From Sphagnum compactum (taxonomy: Eukaryota), in NCBI GenBank assembly GCA_965153455.1, contig OZ234494.1:8184001-8248000 (forward strand): 64,000 bases of DNA. Reading direction: 5' to 3'. Positions 52,817-64,000 of this stretch are shown one piece after another. Both the position numbers and the translations under genes were made by a program. The notes under the pieces are model-generated. The model had not been told where the DNA came from. It ran no database searches and was given only the letters and a program-made list of their open reading frames with translations. Within the stretch, counting starts at the first letter, position 1. Each line of letters starts with the position of its first letter.

Positions 52817-53346
52817 CGCAAGATCTTTGTCACAATCGTGGACAACATTCTTCCCGGTTACAAAGACACACATCTCAAGGATTGTTGTTTATAATAACCG
52901 ATTCTGAAACTTTGTTTCTTTGCAACAACACAAATGCATCTCAATTCTGTTTTCTCTCCAGAAAGAATGATTGCATGCATGCACGCATCCATCATGGCAT
53001 TTCTCAAGTGTTCCATTGCAAAATTCTTTCAATCTTTTTCGTGGTACTGTTGTAAGGGAGTAGGGATCATGAGTTACCTACCATATGAGAAAGAGCTCCC
53101 AACTGCAAGAGCAAGAGGTACAGAAACAATACACAAATGGTTAGTGCACACTGCTGCTTGGCAAGCCTGGCAAAATGCACAAGGTTATATGATCCACCAC
53201 CAGTTACATTCTCAATTGCTACCAGAATCGCTGAAGAAACAAAGAGAAAATTCCTCTTACTTTGGCAAAGGTGTGGTGGCGGAGTTCGATTCTTCCGAGA
53301 TGGTAGAAGAAGCATCGTCAATGATGATGTTGTCCAGGGATTTCAT
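49299..53346 (-). CDS. ZIFL: Major facilitator superfamily transporter, ZIF/ZIFL (zinc-induced facilitator-like) type
   Basis: Exons 53346-53261, 53102-53082, 52683-52635, 52214-52137, 51826-51752, 51539-51382, 51177-50940, 50574-50208, 49897-49299 splice in frame. Motifs: TPLP, WGIISDRTGRKP (MFS motif A), RFLAGLLNG, YPFLLPC, GGLGFSS, FRAVGPACGG. Confidence 0.92.
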
Positions 53347-54001
53347 GTTGATACAAGGCTGGTGGCGGCAGCTCTGGTACGCTTGTTACTGCTGCTTCAT
53401 CATCCTTGCTTATGAAGCTCTCAAGGCACTGATCTCTCTAACTGATCTTTCCAGCACATGCTCTACCAGGATCTGCAACCTCTGCTCGCACTGCGTTCTC
53501 CAGAAATTCTCTGTTGGCTGCCATACAAACCACTAAGCGACCAGAATCATCAACCTGATTGAAACCTTAGTAGCTCTCAAGACGCCAATCTGAGGCCAAT
53601 TTCCTTTTCAACGATCACAATCTCTCGAGCATCATCATCATCATCATCCTCACTCAAAAACAGAGAAAAAAAAACAAGAACAAGAAGGTGAAGACGACAA
53701 CGACGACGATGAGGGCCGACATCCCTGCACGAGTACTTAGGCGTGCAATTCTCGACCACTGAGCAGCAATTTATGCATTAAAATGCACACAAGAAGCTGC
53801 AGAAAATTGTCAACAACACAACAACAACAACAACAACATCATTATCATCATCATCTATGGGGGAAATCTGGCAGCAGATAACAAAAGTGAGGCTCAAAAC
53901 TTCAACACTGGAGTATATAACTTTACAAAATATCTTGTATAAAATCTTATGATAAAGCAAAGCTCTTACACATCATCATCATCATCACTATCATCTGACA
54001 T

Positions 54002-54032
<31 letters not shown>

Positions 54033-54603
54033 TCATCTTCAGCGGCACGAGTGGAGCAGAAGATCTTGAATATCATTGTTCAAAAGAGCACTGTTTTTGT
54101 CTTATCAAGAGCTTGCAAAACGTACATATAGCAGTAACTCTCTTCTGAACAAGAGCTTGCAAAATATTCATGGATATATATGACTTGTGAGCTTTGAGAG
54201 CCCTCCTTTGCAATATATACAAACTAGAGAACTTTGAGAGTAAATTGATATTAACCAAACACATTAACTTCAATTATAAGCAAGCATTTCTGAACTACCA
54301 GCTAATTTTGCATCAAGACCCACCCACCTCAAAGAATTTACATAACAAAACAAGAAACCAAAAAACCAAAAACCATGTAAACCAAGAATCAAAAGCAAAA
54401 GCTTGAGAGGATTTTTTATAATTTTTTTTCAACTAAGATCTGCACATTGTGCTGTAAACTGATAAGTATGAAATGAAATTAGAAAGCTTGCAACTAATCT
54501 TTCTTTAGGCAATCCAAACTTGTAAACCACACTTTTATTTAACTACATGTTTGGCCCATTCATGTCTTAAATCATAAATAATGATAAACTATTGAAACCC
54601 ATA

Positions 54604-54839
54604 TCCTATATATTAATTCACTTGGTCTGTCAGTGTGTCTGTCTGAACCTGTGCATTTCGACCCGTTAACAGTCTCTGCGAGGTTGATTCTGCAACCCCC
54701 CATGGTGAAGCGAGCATTTTGAAAAATTTTCAAAAAAAATAAAAATAAAAATAGCTGCTTTGCGCCTTTGTGTGTGTCTCTCTTGGTTTAAAGAAACCGG
54801 GGGACTTCACAGTGTCCAAAGGTCACGGGTACCCACAAG
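54604..54839 (+). mobile_element. Short non-autonomous Helitron-like element
   Basis: a|TCCTATATATTA 5' end with tctgtc repeats. Imperfect 3' hairpin gtgtcc-aaa-ggtcac followed by caag|t. Architecture parallels 21885-22690. Confidence 0.5.
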
Positions 54840-56108
54840 TAAGAACATAAGAAAAGAAAAAAGAAAAAGAAAAGTTGATGATCACTCATAATGTGCAAGC
54901 CTAGAGGCCCAAGTCTTTAGGTTTAGGGTTCGTTACAAGGTCAACACATATATGTTACAACATATATAATTTTTGTTGACACATGGAAGAGAGGCACGAG
55001 CCTTTATTATAATATATGTAATATTTATTACTTCTAAGCAATTTGAGTCTTTTTTTTAACACGATTGCATGGAAAAGTAAATGAACGACGTGCACAAATT
55101 GTTTTGAGGTTCTGAATAATGGTTTTGTTTTATACAATTAATTTGGATAGGTTCTAGAAGACGTTCAACTACTTATATCAATCAATCTTAAGAAGGTCCA
55201 ACCCAAAAGCTTTTGTATATTGGATGGATGTTGGGATGATTTGATTTTTAGATCAAATGATATGTTACAAGTTGACAACTTCTTAATAAATTAAAAAATT
55301 GATTCGGGAAAATTTTAGGGTTTTCAACCTCAAGGCTATATAGCCTCGTTTCAGAAGTAGGTAGTAAGTACACTTTAGCCATTGGAACGAGAGCACAACA
55401 ACATGGATGCATGTTGTTCTCCAATGTTCAGTCCTTTGGTACCTAAACGGTTTTTTTTTTTTTTTTTTTTTTTTGGTGAACAATTGATTCACTTGGGGGA
55501 TTGATTGTCCACTATAGCAAAGGTTGAATATTGTTCAATATTGCATAGAACATGTAACATGGCTTAGTGGGTATACACCAAAGTGGGTCAGGTATTTATA
55601 AAATTTGCACCAAACCTTGCCGAGCATCAAACCGGATATGAAAGTTGACCGCCACGACGACTATCAAATAATCAAATGTCTCCAGTTTTGATATATAACC
55701 ATGGTTGTCCCAAAAACACAAAAAAAAACATCAAATATTCAATTAACACATGTAACCATGGCTCTCGAATTTGTTTTGAAAGGAAATCATATATTGGGTC
55801 CATCCACCTAAAATCGCCCGGGTGGGTCGTTGCCCAGTTCTTTTTCTTTCATGAAACCCAGTGGTTCTTTGAAGTTTTTGAAATACCCCAAATGAAATGA
55901 ACGGTGGTTTGATTGATTCTGAATTTTTTTAATTAAAAAAAACACATAGCACCGACCCACAATGACGGGTATTACAAAAATCAAATACCCCCCCGGCCCA
56001 AACTGGTGGGTATATACTAGAGAGAAAGCTTATGCACAAAATTGGCCAACTTCCACTTGTGTTGCGCACGTCTTACTGCGCTGCAAAGCTCTCTCTCCCC
56101 CACCCCCC

Positions 56109-56143
<35 letters not shown>

Positions 56144-57091
56144 TTGTTTTGTCTTTCACACACGCAGCAAATTGGTTGCTTTGCAGTTGCAGCGCCGCGA
56201 TCACTACATTTTTTTGATGTTGTGCAGTCAGTCAGTCAGCTCATGCAGTTGTTGATTTCATGATTTCATCAAAATCCAAATTGATTCCCGGAGTAGAAAT
56301 TCGGATCTGACTTTCAGTGCTATTGTTGGTTGCCGGCGAAGAAGAAGTTTTGTCATGTGTGCGATAGATACATGTATCACTGAAGTGTGCTTTTACGTTC
56401 TCCTTGTGTTAGGTGCTCTCGTGCTAGCTGGTCTCGTCCTAGAACTAGTGGCTTTGCTGCAGTGATAGGTAGTCACCAGCTGAAGAAGAAGAAGAAGAAG
56501 AAGCAGCAGCAGAAGCAGCAGCAGAATAAGAAGCAGCAGCGATCATGAGGACAGCCCCGGAGTTCCATCAATCTCAAGTGCAACTTCGGAGCATTTGGTG
56601 AATGAATTCATCAACAAAATCGACAACCTCACAAGTCTGAAAATATATATTTAGCAAGCAAGTGCGGACATTGCAGGTGTTGTTCATTGCACTCCCATTT
56701 TCCCCATGCATTAGAGAAATCTGTAAAGTGACTCTGTCTTTGCGCCCTCCTTTCACCCCTACCCTCTATTTCAACCTCGAACCTTGCTATCCGCAAAGTA
56801 AATTTTTTATATGAAATCAAGCTTGAAACTCAGTACCATAATACGTTTTCTTCACTTTGTGGATATCTGTATTGCACTGAAGAAATCTATGATGATCATC
56901 CACATTGATGCTATAGCACCAGTGTTTTCAGAATTCTCTAGAAGTGGATCAGATGGTCTACAAGAGGATCAAAGTACAAGAGAACATTCGAGGAAGTGTG
57001 ATCATGCAAAGTCTGGCATTGTTCAGAGATCTGAGATATTGCTTACCAACATTGTTGTTTGTTCTCAGATCAGAGTTTTCCAAGAGGAAGA

Positions 57092-59656
57092 ATGGCCAGG
57101 TCTTCTTTGCTCTTTGGCTGCTGCATTGTTTTCCTTTTTCTTCTTCTGCTGTGTGGTGAGAGCCCTGTTGCAGCAGCTGATGCAGCATTTAGGCCTCGCA
57201 AGTATGGGCCTGCAGCACTTGGAGAACTTGGATACATGCAGGTGGCAGCAGCAGATGATGTGTTTGGAAGCATGGTGAGGCAACAAGGTAGATTCCTTTT
57301 AGAGGCCATGAATGAGATAAATGTCCAAAGAGAGGCTGAGTTGTTGAAGGACCCGCATGAGAAGAATGTTGATCAGGAGCCAAAATTGCTGCAGCAGTTG
57401 GATCATCATGTCACAGTGACATCAAACCCTACTGATCAACATCTGGAGCAGATAGAAGGAGCTCAGGAGGTTCAGAAAGAGGAAGCAATCCTTGAGGGGG
57501 TGAAACCAGAGGTCAAAGCCGGGATAGGGCTCAAGCCTAACCTGGCAGGGATGCATTTGAAGACAGAGGGACCTGAGCTGAAGACAGAGGAGAAGGAGCT
57601 TTCAAAATCTGAGCTTGGGGAGGATATGCTGAAAATAGAGGACAAAGAATCAGCTGATCCTGTGAAGAAGAAAGTGGGGAGTGAAACTGAGTTGAAGGCA
57701 GCAGAGGAGAAAGAGTTGAAATTGGAGGAAGCTGAGGAGAGGAGTGAGAAGTCTAAAGAGGAGGTATCAAAATCTGTGAAGAAGGAAGTGGGGAGAAAAA
57801 ATAAGGTGAAGTCAAAGGAAGAGGAGAAGGAATTGTCAACACCTGATGATGATTCTCAGCAGCAGGCTGGGGAGGAGGTGGATGAGGAGAAAGCAAGCGT
57901 TGGAAAGAAGAATGCAGGGAGCCAAGCTGAGATGGAGGAGGCAGCAGAGGAGAAGACATTCTCAAAATCTGAAGCTCATCAAGTGGTGGAGGAACAACAA
58001 CAACAACAACAACAAGAGAAGGAATCAATTCCTGTGAAGAAGAAAGTGGGGAATGAAAACATTGAGCAGAAGGTAGCCACAGCAGCAGCAGAGGAGAAGG
58101 AATTGTCACAAGTTCCTGGATCTCAAGAGGTGGCTCAGGAGAAGGAAATAGTAGCTGTGGAGAACAACAAAATGGTATCGATTTCTGCAGAGAATGAAAA
58201 TACCATGTCTGGAGAAAAAGATGGTATGAATCAAACAAACAAACATACCACCACATCCCCGGAACTGAAGCCAGAGAATCAAGAGCTTGTGAAGTTGGGG
58301 GAAGGGGTTAAAGAACAGAAGCAGCAGGAGGGAAGTGTAACAGCAGTGGAGAAGCTGCCCAAGGAGCTGATGAAAATAAAAGGTGCTGCCTCCAATCCTG
58401 GAGAAGGAAGTCAGGAAGAGCTGTCAAAGGACTTAGTAGCTACAGATTCAAAAGTGCAGCAAGAGGGAGGACAGCTTCCAGATAAGGAGAAATCTGCTGC
58501 TGGGGAACTCACATCTGTTGAACAAGAAGCTGTTGGCACAGAACAGAAGGGAGATGTCAAGGTGAATGGACAAAATGAGGCGGCAAAATCAGATAATGTA
58601 GAAAAGAAGAAAGAAGGTAGTGATGACAGTGAAGCCAAATCAGAGGAGAACTTGATGAGCAAAGCTGCTGCAAAATTGCAGCAAGATAGAGGACAGCTTC
58701 CAGATGAGGAGAAATCTGCTGGGGAACTCAGATCTGTTGAACAAGAAGCTGGCTCAGGACAGAAGGACAATGTCAATGTGGATGGACAAAATAAGGCAAC
58801 AAAATTAGACAATGTGGAAAAGAAGAAAGAAGGTACCAATGAAAGTGAAGCCAAATCTCAGTCTGAGAAGATGAGCAAAACTGCCTCAACAGTAGCAGCT
58901 GAAGAAGAGGCTGATCCAGCAATAGACGTTGACTCCAGTGGCGTCACTCTGCTGCAAGACCTTCCTACCAACTTCCAGCAAACAGTCGGAGCAGTAGCAA
59001 GCCATGTAATTCCACAAATTCAGCAAATCTCTGACCAATCCATGAACTCATTTGACAAGATGAACAGAAATCTAGCTAGCAGCTTCTTACCTTGGATTGG
59101 AGAAAAGTACGCACCCATCATTGCAACTCTAATTTCCTATTGTCTTCTGTTGCCGCCTTTGGCACTGGTATTGTTTCTCTGCGAGAGAATACGTGCCATT
59201 CTAACATTACAGAAGGTGCTTCTCTTCATCAACATCTACCTGGTTACATATTTTGCAATCCTTCTCATAGTTGCCTTGGGATTGGGTTCTGAACCCACTG
59301 CTTTCTTGGACCAATACTCACCAGTTGGTTATATGATCTTGCAATTGTTACAAGCATTTGGGTACATGATCTACATGTTGCTCCAGACAGCAGATGTCAT
59401 CATCACCTGCGCCACAGGAAGTCCTATTGGAAAAACTTCAGCTGTAATTCAATGGTTGCTGGCATCAATGGTGGGCCTGCACTACTATGTCACCGTGTTC
59501 CATAGAGCTATGGCTAAGCAACATCCACACATCAGCTGGAAATTCTATGGTTTCTATAGCTTAAGCTTCTTGGTGTGTTGTCTTCTGGCCCGCACCCAGC
59601 AGAGCAAAAAGGAGTACATTCCATTGGGAGATGAGACCACAGACAAGAAAAACTGA
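57092..59656 (+). CDS. Signal peptide, long E/K-rich repeat region and C-terminal multi-TM domain (AT4G39840-like, 'cell wall integrity/stress response component-like')
   Basis: Single 854-aa ORF from ATG 57092. N-terminal signal peptide. The C-terminus LTLQKVLLFINIYL..YF, LGSEP, VGLHYYVTVFHRAM...P...WK.YG.Y...FL..C...KKEY...KKN matches this plant family as recalled. Confidence 0.88.
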   Translation: MARSSLLFGCCIVFLFLLLLCGESPVAAADAAFRPRKYGPAALGELGYMQVAAADDVFGSMVRQQGRFLLEAMNEINVQREAELLKDPHEKNVDQEPKLLQQLDHHVTVTSNPTDQHLEQIEGAQEVQKEEAILEGVKPEVKAGIGLKPNLAGMHLKTEGPELKTEEKELSKSELGEDMLKIEDKESADPVKKKVGSETELKAAEEKELKLEEAEERSEKSKEEVSKSVKKEVGRKNKVKSKEEEKELSTPDDDSQQQAGEEVDEEKASVGKKNAGSQAEMEEAAEEKTFSKSEAHQVVEEQQQQQQQEKESIPVKKKVGNENIEQKVATAAAEEKELSQVPGSQEVAQEKEIVAVENNKMVSISAENENTMSGEKDGMNQTNKHTTTSPELKPENQELVKLGEGVKEQKQQEGSVTAVEKLPKELMKIKGAASNPGEGSQEELSKDLVATDSKVQQEGGQLPDKEKSAAGELTSVEQEAVGTEQKGDVKVNGQNEAAKSDNVEKKKEGSDDSEAKSEENLMSKAAAKLQQDRGQLPDEEKSAGELRSVEQEAGSGQKDNVNVDGQNKATKLDNVEKKKEGTNESEAKSQSEKMSKTASTVAAEEEADPAIDVDSSGVTLLQDLPTNFQQTVGAVASHVIPQIQQISDQSMNSFDKMNRNLASSFLPWIGEKYAPIIATLISYCLLLPPLALVLFLCERIRAILTLQKVLLFINIYLVTYFAILLIVALGLGSEPTAFLDQYSPVGYMILQLLQAFGYMIYMLLQTADVIITCATGSPIGKTSAVIQWLLASMVGLHYYVTVFHRAMAKQHPHISWKFYGFYSLSFLVCCLLARTQQSKKEYIPLGDETTDKKN

Positions 59657-60859
59657 CAAAACTCCATTTCAAACAACTACTTTAAAACATGAAATGTTTT
59701 CACCCATGTTTCACATTCTACATTCTATTATAATTTATCCTACGCTTTCACACATTAGATAATGTTGTATAAAGTTCTGGTTTTATTGGCATCAATGGAT
59801 AACTTCTAATAAACAATGTATGCATGCAAGCACAGAGAAGGGTACTGATTCCATTACTGCAAAGTCTCATGTGATGGAAAAACAATGAACTTATGTACTA
59901 TGGCAAGGCCAAGCCCCTGCCCATTATTTTGTGTAAGGCACTAGGCAAAACCCATCAGGTCAAGCTCAGTGATGCACCCAACATAATGGGCAAAGGGCAA
60001 GCTGTTCCATGACATTAAGGTCTGGGGTGGCAGATTCAATGATTTTCAAGAAAAATCATGTTCAATGGAAACATTTTGGACACAATTTGAGTGTAAGATC
60101 ACACCAGAAAGATTATTTCATACAATGATTTCAAGAAAATGACATAATCTACCACCCCAGACCTTAATGAGAACAGACATGTAGCTGGCGGTTTGCTTGG
60201 ACCTTATCATGAAGTTTCTTTTGAAGTCACTTTTTAGGCAAATTTCACTGTCCAAGGGTTTAGGGTTGAGAGTATAGGGAAGGTTTAGAAAATTGAAGAG
60301 AGTCCATAGTATATAGACTTGCTTGATAGGGAGGGAGGTAGGTACATAAAAGGAAGGAAGCAAGTACAACTTTCAATTAGCTTGCATGGACGTAAAGTTC
60401 CGAGAGGGGGGCAAGTGGGTAGGTGCATAAGCTTCACACAGACAGAAATTATTAGTTTTATTGTATACACGTGGTCAATGATTCCAGGAGGAAACTATTT
60501 GTGACAACTGACTACTTCCTGTTATGTCTACACATAGCTACTAGTATAACATATGTGTACATGACTTCTCCACCAACTTCTTGATGGAGAAGTTGCAAGA
60601 GTACTACTTGCACACACACCCTAAGATCAGTAGTGTTAGAATTGGCTACATTGTAACAGGAGGATGCAAAGACAAAAACTCTGCAATTGTTCCTCTGCAA
60701 CATAGTTGACCACCACTATCAGCATATCAAACAGGAATATTAAACAAAGGTGTGGATCTACAGGATCAGTGAACAGATTTCAAATTAGCGTTGAAGCAAA
60801 CCAGGCCTTCATCACACCTGCCCTTGCTGCCACCACACACAAGGCTCCATGTCTTTGGA

Positions 60860-63800
60860 GGCATTAGGCACAGCATACCTGCCATTCTCATGTTCTGCAT
60901 TGGTCTGCCAAGCAAATGTACAGCTTATAGATAGTCCATCTTCATGATAAATAGGTGCACAATGAAGGAATTGGGTCCTGTCAGTGATGCTGATCTTGAG
61001 CTCTCTTCCCATCATAGAACAATCTTGAGTTTTTCATGCCTGCATTAACCCAAAAAAGAGCATGGACTGTTTAGCTTATGTTCATCCTTACTTCACTTGG
61101 AGAATTCACAACCCATTTGCACTACATCACCGCTCCATATCAAACCAAGGCAATAATTTTCCTGTGGCTATGTAGGGCTCTGCCTTGAGATGTACTAGAG
61201 AACAGGCTGTCCACAGCCCGTTCCCTATAAAGTAGGGGGTCTACAAGAAGAATCAGCAGCACTTGCTGATTGGTGGCAAGTGCTGATTCTGCCTCTCAAT
61301 GAGCAGCAGGGGAGGCTGGATAGGCAATCCCTGCTTTCTCCCTTCACCATCAAAAGGTTGATTTGTTAAGTCGCATAAGAAAGAATCTTGGACTGTGACC
61401 AGCATTTTTCACAATTGAAGTACACTGGTACAGATGACTTTTCTACCTGCAAGGACAGTTCAGTGGCTGCAGAGTTGCCTTCCAGGTTACTTGAAGAGTG
61501 TGTCAGTTGCAATCCCAATATGTCCTGAACTTTGGAGGGATGATGAGCCTGCACTGTGTTGGCAAATTGTTGATTTGGGGAGACTGGTGCAACTGGGCCT
61601 TGATCAAATGCTGATCTGGGCCCACCTTCATTTGCTATCTTGGATTGAATGGCTGCAAGATTTTCTCCCACTGCTTCTGCCCTCTGTTGCATTAGGATAA
61701 GTGCTAATGGTGAAGATCCTTTTTTGCATAAAGGATTTTTTTGCAAGGAGAGCTCTGATGTGACAGAGGCTTGGATGGATGCCACTTCTTTTTCCTGGTT
61801 GGCAACTGGGTACTCTAAGTTTGACCCTGTATTTGTCAAGCCCTGCAGACAATCCATCCACAAGACACTCAGAACAGACAGGTCACTCTCAGCATCAACT
61901 CAAACAACAGCCGTGGAGGATTTATCCGATCACATATGCTTTCTTTAGAGCATAAAAACTGCTGTATTGTCTCCCCCAAGGAGATTGGTGTTCAATGAGA
62001 TAGAAGGCTTGCTTTGGAAGAGCCTCTGACATTGCATTCAGAGGGGCAGGATAGCATACTCACAATCTGTTTCGCAAGTTGGCTTACTCTCCCTGCAAGA
62101 GCAGCATATCCCCTGCTGAGTTTGTTAGGAGTCGAAAATCTTGTCGAACGTGAAATTTGCACATCTGAAGGTTGAATCTCCACCTCTGTGTTGCAAGATG
62201 CTCCAGTTATGTTCATACCCGCAAGCTGCTGCTCAATCCTCTTCACCTCCAATGCCAGACTCAAAACCTGGATCTTGGCTCTTGTTTGAGGGTCCTTCCT
62301 GTAGAATTACCTGGCACTCAGTAAGTATTCTTTGCAACCCATCTTCAAACACACTTCTATGCTGCTACTCTCAGCCTGGTGGTGCATATTCAGCCCTGCC
62401 AAAAACAGATTCTAGATGTGTTCAGATGGATAACTACCCATTTTGACTTTTGTGCCTTCGAACAGTAAGAGCTGGGAGGTTTCACCAGTCTCATGGTCAC
62501 AACCACAAATTCCTTGCCTTACTGCCACACTGACCTGCTGACAGTTGACCCTGTGAATTTAGAAGATGGAGGACCTTGGAGTGTTTCTCCCATATCCAAA
62601 AGAACATGTTGGCTCTGCTTCTTGTCAAAATTTGTGTTCTTCTTCAGCATCCGAAATATGTCAAACTTACTGTTCTTCAAGCTTTCAGTATGAACAACCT
62701 GCAAAACCACCATTTGTGAGAACATTCATCTAGAATAAATCCTCCCATTTAGCCAGAGACACCCACTGTTTGTACTCATACCTGTCCCAAGCTGGAATTG
62801 TCCAAGGTTGTCTGGTCAGTCTTTGAAGTCAGAGAATCCGAGACCGAGAGTGACCTCAGAGGCTGTTTGTTTGAGCTCCATCTCCTTTTAGTGTGCAAAT
62901 TACTATTCTTGATTGTCTTTGTATCCAGCTTGGAAAGGGTTGTGGAAGAAGGTTGTCCAGGTTGTTCTTTGATCTGTGCTGAGTGTGATAATGCCAAGTC
63001 CCCCTGGTCACCTTGCATTTGAGAGCCGTCTGGTAAAGGTTGGATGAACTTGTGAGAGGTCTCTTGGTCCAGTGGCAACCAGCATGCAAGCTCTGAGAAG
63101 GGGAAATCATTCACAGCCTTGGATGCATTGGTTTGATCTAACAGAAGCATCAAATTTGTGTTATCTTCATGCAGAAGCAGATCTTGAAGCTTGAGACTGT
63201 CTGACTTTGAAACTGTGCTTGCCTCCTCTTGTACAAGCTCTCCTAATCTCTTTCTGCTTTGAACTTCCAACCCACTTTGTGTCCAATTGTCAGTTCTCAA
63301 GTCACAAGTTTGTGCTGTGACCTCAAGACAGGTATCCATGGCTGCTTTCTCAGAAGTAGGGTCTTGACTGTCAATGTGCACTTTCACCTAGGAATAACAC
63401 AAACAACACAAGAACACATACTGATTAGAAGTGTATTATGATATTGGTAGCCAGCAACATAAGCAAGCTCACCTTCACAAAAGGTCTGATCTCTGCTACT
63501 GATGACAATGTGCATCCTCCTGTAAGAATAAAACCTAAATTCTCCAAATAGCTCACAAGATTGATCATTTCCATACAACATTTGTTCATCACAGTGTAAA
63601 TTCACTTTGGCCTTTGAAGGCCAAACAAACAGGAAGATATACAATGTGGGTCCACCTACTTTCTCATGACTGTTGTGTGCAAATGATTCTTCGGCAGCCT
63701 TGGCCTTTCTTCCATTCTCATACTGCATCTGACATAACCCATCTTCCACCATAATCAGGTTCATGTCATTTTGTTGGATCTCTATCTCTGCATTCACCAT

Positions 63801-63931
63801 GATGCTCTGAAGACTGCTCAGATGTTGTTCATCCAGTTCCTTCTCCCTCAACGGCTTCCCAAGATTGGAACTGCCAACCACTCACCCAATTCAATGAGTC
63901 ACCTGCTCCTGTGTGCACACATCTCCTAACC
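60860..63931 (-). pseudogene. Multi-exon gene of unknown family with in-frame stops (probable pseudogene; 5' part outside the window)
   Basis: Exon-like blocks with GT-AG ends: 63931-63660, 63387-62782, ~62698-62064, 61842-61447, 61039-~60879. In-frame stops: TGA at 63891-63893 and 63882-63884, TAG at 62412-62414, TAA at 62307-62309, TGA at 61034-61036. There is also a frameshift near 62550. Confidence 0.6.
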
Positions 63932-64000
63932 CTACAAAGAGAAAACTTGCATGTGCAAAAAAGGCAATTGTGCAGCTTGAATTGCAACTGTAACTTACTT

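Noticed and set aside
52934..53536. 200-aa + strand ORF
   Set aside because: It is the antisense shadow of ZIFL exons 1-2 and leader, with no independent support.

Overview
Eukaryotic land-plant nuclear DNA with GT-AG introns, AT-rich decayed-transposon tracts and microsatellites. The repeat landscape suggests a moss, probably Sphagnum (inference). Six apparently intact genes can be reconstructed by hand: 5-formyltetrahydrofolate cyclo-ligase (-, 7 exons), a 153-aa single-exon gene with no recognised family (-), a neprosin/DUF239 glutamic peptidase (-, 7 exons), an IST1-like ESCRT-III regulator (+, 6 exons), a ZIFL-type MFS transporter (-, 9 exons including a 21-nt microexon), and a single-exon AT4G39840-like membrane protein (+). 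The window also holds a probable pseudogene running off the right edge, a disrupted U1-type zinc-finger gene, relics of hAT, CRE-LINE and PIF/Harbinger elements, and several MITEs and Helitrons with readable ends or TSDs. I see no clear multi-gene novel system. The best leads are a compensated frameshift pair in 5-FCL, a divergent signal-peptide sORF, a perfect 33-bp hairpin, the 153-aa protein with lipidation-like and PP2A-B56 (LxxIxE) motifs, and a uORF or broken N-terminus on the ZIFL gene.
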